Shown: piece by piece, positions 59,003 to 64,000 of the stretch
Layout of the letters: each line of letters opens with the position of its first letter
Position numbering within the stretch: the first letter of the stretch is position 1
Source of the DNA: a bacterium
Lineage (GTDB): Bacteria > Verrucomicrobiota > Kiritimatiellia > CAIKKV01 > CAIYGI01
Direction of reading: 5' to 3'
Length of the DNA stretch: 64,000 nt
NCBI GenBank assembly: GCA_025360745.1
Contig: JANYBP010000043.1
Location: 10,455-74,454 of the forward strand
Translations under genes and position numbers: made by a program
Notes under the pieces: model-generated
The model's database searches: none
What the model saw: only the letters and a program-made list of their open reading frames with translations
Told to the model about the DNA's origin: nothing

Positions 59003-60058
59003 ATGGAATTGACCGCTTTAGGATTCGATGGCTGGTTCGAACAGCATTCCGCCGCCCTTTTGCAACCGGGACAGAGCCGTGCGCGCGTCACGGCGGTCGA
59101 TCGTGGCGCCTTCCTGATCCGAAATCGGGAGGCGGAGCGCCATGCGGAGCTCGCGGGCAGGTTTCGTTTCCAGGTTGAGAACGCCGGCGATCTCCCTTGC
59201 GTGGGCGACTGGGTCTGTATTCAGGGCCAGACCGCGGGCGGACCAGCCGTGATTCAGAACGTTTTTCCCAGGAAGACGCTCCTGCGCCGCAAGCGCCCCG
59301 GCAAGACGGTGGATTACCAACTGATCGCCGCCAACATCGATGTCGCCTTCATCGTCCAATCCTGTCATTTCGATTTCAACCTGCAAAGACTCGATCGTTA
59401 CCTGGCGATGGCCGACGAGGGCAAGATCGAACCCCGGATCGTCCTGAGCAAAACGGACCTGATCGCGCCGGAACAACTGGAGCGGACGATCGCGCAGATC
59501 AAGGACGCTGGCATTACCGCGCAAATCCACGCGCTCAGCAATAGGACGAATTGCGGTCTGGATCAGTTCCAGGCTTTGCTTGCTCCCGGCAGGACCTATT
59601 GTTTGCTGGGTTCCTCGGGAGTCGGCAAGACCACCCTCATAAACCGGCTGATCGGAAACGATGCCTTCGACACCAAGGCCGTCAGCGGAACCGGAGAAGG
59701 AGTCCATACCACCTCCCGCCGCCATTTGATCCTGCTCGGCTGCGGCGCCATGCTGATCGATACGCCCGGCATGCGAGAACTGGGGCTGCTTGGAACAACT
59801 GACGCTGTGAAAGAAACTTTCGCGGACCTGCACGATCTTTCACAAAACTGCCGCTTTTCCAACTGCAGCCATATCCAGGAACCCGGTTGCGCACTCCTGG
59901 GCGCGATCGAAAACGGGGAGTTGAACGAAGAACGCTACCGGAGTTACCTCAAGCTCAAGCAGGAAAACAAGTTCCACGATCTGACCTATGCCGAAAAACG
60001 CGAAAAGAACAGAATCTTCGGAAGATTCAAGCAATCGGCCAAAAAGAATCTGACGTAG
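59003..60058 (+). CDS. rsgA: Ribosome small-subunit-dependent GTPase A
   Basis: OB-fold N-terminus. Circularly permuted GTPase (SKTDL...LLGSSGVGKTTLINRL...DTPG). C-terminal Zn knuckle C..C..H..C. Confidence 0.85.
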   Translation: MELTALGFDGWFEQHSAALLQPGQSRARVTAVDRGAFLIRNREAERHAELAGRFRFQVENAGDLPCVGDWVCIQGQTAGGPAVIQNVFPRKTLLRRKRPGKTVDYQLIAANIDVAFIVQSCHFDFNLQRLDRYLAMADEGKIEPRIVLSKTDLIAPEQLERTIAQIKDAGITAQIHALSNRTNCGLDQFQALLAPGRTYCLLGSSGVGKTTLINRLIGNDAFDTKAVSGTGEGVHTTSRRHLILLGCGAMLIDTPGMRELGLLGTTDAVKETFADLHDLSQNCRFSNCSHIQEPGCALLGAIENGELNEERYRSYLKLKQENKFHDLTYAEKREKNRIFGRFKQSAKKNLT

Positions 60059-60213
60059 TGAGATACTGGCAGCGAATCATGGGAACAGGCATAGGATCTG
60101 GAAGCGCAGTTGCCAATCGGCGGCATCGTCCGGACGCTCCACGTTGTAGAAAGCCTGCAGTTGCAGGTTGATCGGCATTTTGCCGAGTTTCATAATATTT
60201 CCCAGGACACCAC

Positions 60214-60762
60214 TCAGCCTGGATCAAGTTTGATGACCCCGCGCTGTCTCTTGACGGTGATGATCCGTTGTTTCAGGGTCTCGAAGACGGGGCGTGGATT
60301 GGGCAGCGACAGGAGGTGCAACTGAGGCGTGGTTTCGTCGTGGGAGACAACGGTGATGCTGCCGATGCCCAGGATGCGGTCCAGCAAAGACTGGTGGAAT
60401 TTAATGTCCTCCACATGCCAGAGTTCGAGCGTGTCGATATCCTTGGACAACAAGCCACGCTCGTAATCGATGCGGTAATTGCTGACGCGGTAGCGCACGC
60501 TGCGAATCCGCACCACCAGCACGGTCATCAGGACCGCCGCGATTATCAAGCCGAGCAGCGGCGCCCACCAGCCATGCGCCCGCAACGCCACGGCGCCCGC
60601 GATAATGCCAACGCTTAGAAGCAAGCCGGCCAGCAACGGCCACAGCGATCCGCGCAGAGTTGGACTGCCTTCAAAATAGACGACTTCGTCAGTGTCAACC
60701 GGGATTGCGTCCGATTCGCTGGAAGCGGCGCCGGTTTGCAAAGACGGATCGATTTCGGCCAT
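60214..60762 (-). CDS. Bacterial PH-domain (bPH_2/YdbT-like) membrane protein
   Basis: Two TM helices followed by YRVSNYRIDYERGLLSKDIDTLELWHVEDI PH-like motif. Confidence 0.65.
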   Translation of the reverse strand: MAEIDPSLQTGAASSESDAIPVDTDEVVYFEGSPTLRGSLWPLLAGLLLSVGIIAGAVALRAHGWWAPLLGLIIAAVLMTVLVVRIRSVRYRVSNYRIDYERGLLSKDIDTLELWHVEDIKFHQSLLDRILGIGSITVVSHDETTPQLHLLSLPNPRPVFETLKQRIITVKRQRGVIKLDPG

Positions 60763-60928
60763 GAGTAATCTCCTTATATCGCGCATTCAGGCAACGCGAA
60801 ACTCGATACGAAGGCATCATAGCTTCAAGCAGATGAATGTCCAGCCGTTTGCGTACACCCAAAACATCGTCCGACGTCGTTCCGGCGTTTCATCCGCGAA
60901 CAGATCGCCCAGGATAGATCGCCTACCG

Positions 60929-62192
60929 TCACCAGAGCGCGCCATTTTCATCCGGGATCAGCTTGGCGAGGTAGTTTTCCAATTCGCGCCCGTACTCGGT
61001 GTCCTGGCCGGTGATGGCCAGTTGTTTATGCACCAGCAGCAGGCCCTCGGGGCCGGACTCCGCGTCGCCTGCGCTGACGAAGCGCGCGGCGGGATTTGGT
61101 TCGATCAGGCGGCGCAGCGCGCGAACGAAGGTTGTATTGCGCCGGACGTAGGGCGGGAGCAGTTCCGGCAGGCGGTGGGCCAGGTCCAGTTTCAGGCGCA
61201 GCAATTCCTCGTCCGTGGTCCGGGTGGGATCGGCCAGCGGCACGCCGCGCAGCATCTCGATGCCCACCAGGCCCGCGCTGTAAAGGTCCGAACGGATATC
61301 GGCGGGTTCCCGGCGGTGCACCTCGGGGGCCATGTAAAGCGGGGTTCCGAGCAGAAAGCCGTAGCGCTCCTGCGCCATCACGGCCCGCCCGAAGTCCACC
61401 AGCTTGACGTAACCAAGGCGGTCCACCATGAGATTGCCGGGCTTGACGTCGCCATGCACAAAGCGGGTATCGTGCAAAGCTTCCAGTCCGCGCAGGATCA
61501 TTCGCAGAATATAGACCGCGACCCCGGGTTGCACACAGACCCGTCCGTTCTCCTCACGGAAGATCACATCCGTGAAGCGCGCCCATTCGGCCGCCGTGCA
61601 GCGGGCGCGCACGGTCGCCAGATGGCTGCCGTCTAGCAGGAGGCGCAGATCCACCCCGTCAACCGGTTCCATCTGCAGATAACCGATCCCGTTGGTTTCC
61701 TCGTAGACATCGCGCGCCACCAGGTTCGGACTGCGCACAACCTGCAGCCGCGAAGTTTGCATGGCGATGCGGCCCATATCGGTCCAATACTTTTCGCTCG
61801 TCGGATAGATCGTGGGGTCGAAAAGTTTGATGGCATGGCGCGTCAGGCAACCGCGCGCGCCCTGGCGGATGCCCAGGAAGACGACACCCTGCCTGCCATG
61901 GCCCAGCGGGCGCACAAACTGGTAGGCCACGGGATAATATATCGCGGCCTGGCGGATGATCGCATGGTAATTATCGATCAAACTCGCACGGGTCATGCCG
62001 GTTTCAACCGGCGGCAGACTGGGCGCGGCCTGCTCGTGCGAGGTGTCGAGCGCCGTTTCGTTCGACTGCAACCGCAGTCCGGCGCGGGCCAGGTCACCAG
62101 GAGTTTTCACCGTCCGCCCTTCCGCATCATAAACATGCTTTCCGCCATAAATTCCCGCCTCCCGCGCGCCGCACAAACAACCGCAGGCTATT

Positions 62193-62200
<8 letters not shown>
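60929..62200 (-). CDS. Serine/threonine protein kinase
   Basis: G-loop LGHGRQGVVF. AIK lysine. HGDVKPGN catalytic loop. DFG and APE motifs. Internal alternative start near 61996. Confidence 0.8.

Positions 62201-64000
<1,800 letters not shown>

Noticed and set aside
61980-62041. Apparent single-base frame inconsistencies when hand-translating around the kinase gene
   Set aside because: The supplied ORF track reads through cleanly on both strands, so the discrepancy is most likely my own base-level misreading. Not reported as a frameshift. For the same reason the 11791/11897 overlap is flagged only as a possibility.

Overview
This is a high-GC bacterial chromosomal segment, about 65-68% G+C by eye, densely packed with housekeeping and cell-envelope genes.

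Housekeeping genes recognised from the translations include carB, pyrG, purF, gltB-gltD, aroA-cmk, tolA-like/tolB/pal, tatA-tatC, a ribose-type sugar ABC transporter, eda, rsgA, tilS and a partial serS. Other recognisable genes are an OlsF-like bifunctional acyltransferase, a class-II terpene (squalene-hopene-type) cyclase, a GT9 heptosyltransferase, a Ser/Thr kinase, and a GT2 / polysaccharide-deacetylase / flippase-like / O-antigen-ligase envelope-glycan locus.

The most unusual feature is a visibly AT-richer islet of about 4.6 kb (approximately 10787-15400), with every gene on the minus strand, inserted into that glycan locus. It encodes:
- a LysM lipoprotein;
- a secreted coiled-coil protein with a transglutaminase-like Cys-protease domain;
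- a small signal-peptide protein that carries the canonical C-terminal RHS core-end / DPxGL motif without any YD-repeat shell, followed by an uncharacterised Cys/Trp-rich C-terminal domain;
- a run of small multi-pass membrane proteins;
- a small lipoprotein.
I read this as a candidate compact polymorphic-toxin / immunity module of a type I do not recognise as described.

Other oddities:
- a four-helix-bundle (23S-IVS-type) gene tightly bracketed by (CGATGAA)x4 inverted repeats, next to a decayed hicB-like pseudogene, between carB and pyrG;
- a MITE-like 134-bp element with 13-bp TIRs and 8-bp direct duplications upstream of tolA;
- a (GGGTTCA)n microsatellite in a promoter region;
- a dispersed CCACCCTCCACC repeat that encodes proline-rich tails on two unrelated exported proteins;
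- a large palindromic/tandem-repeat structure inside the ABC transporter operon.

No rRNA, tRNA or CRISPR array was recognised. All coordinates rest on the supplied ORF track plus my own reading of the sequence. Single-base claims should be re-verified computationally.
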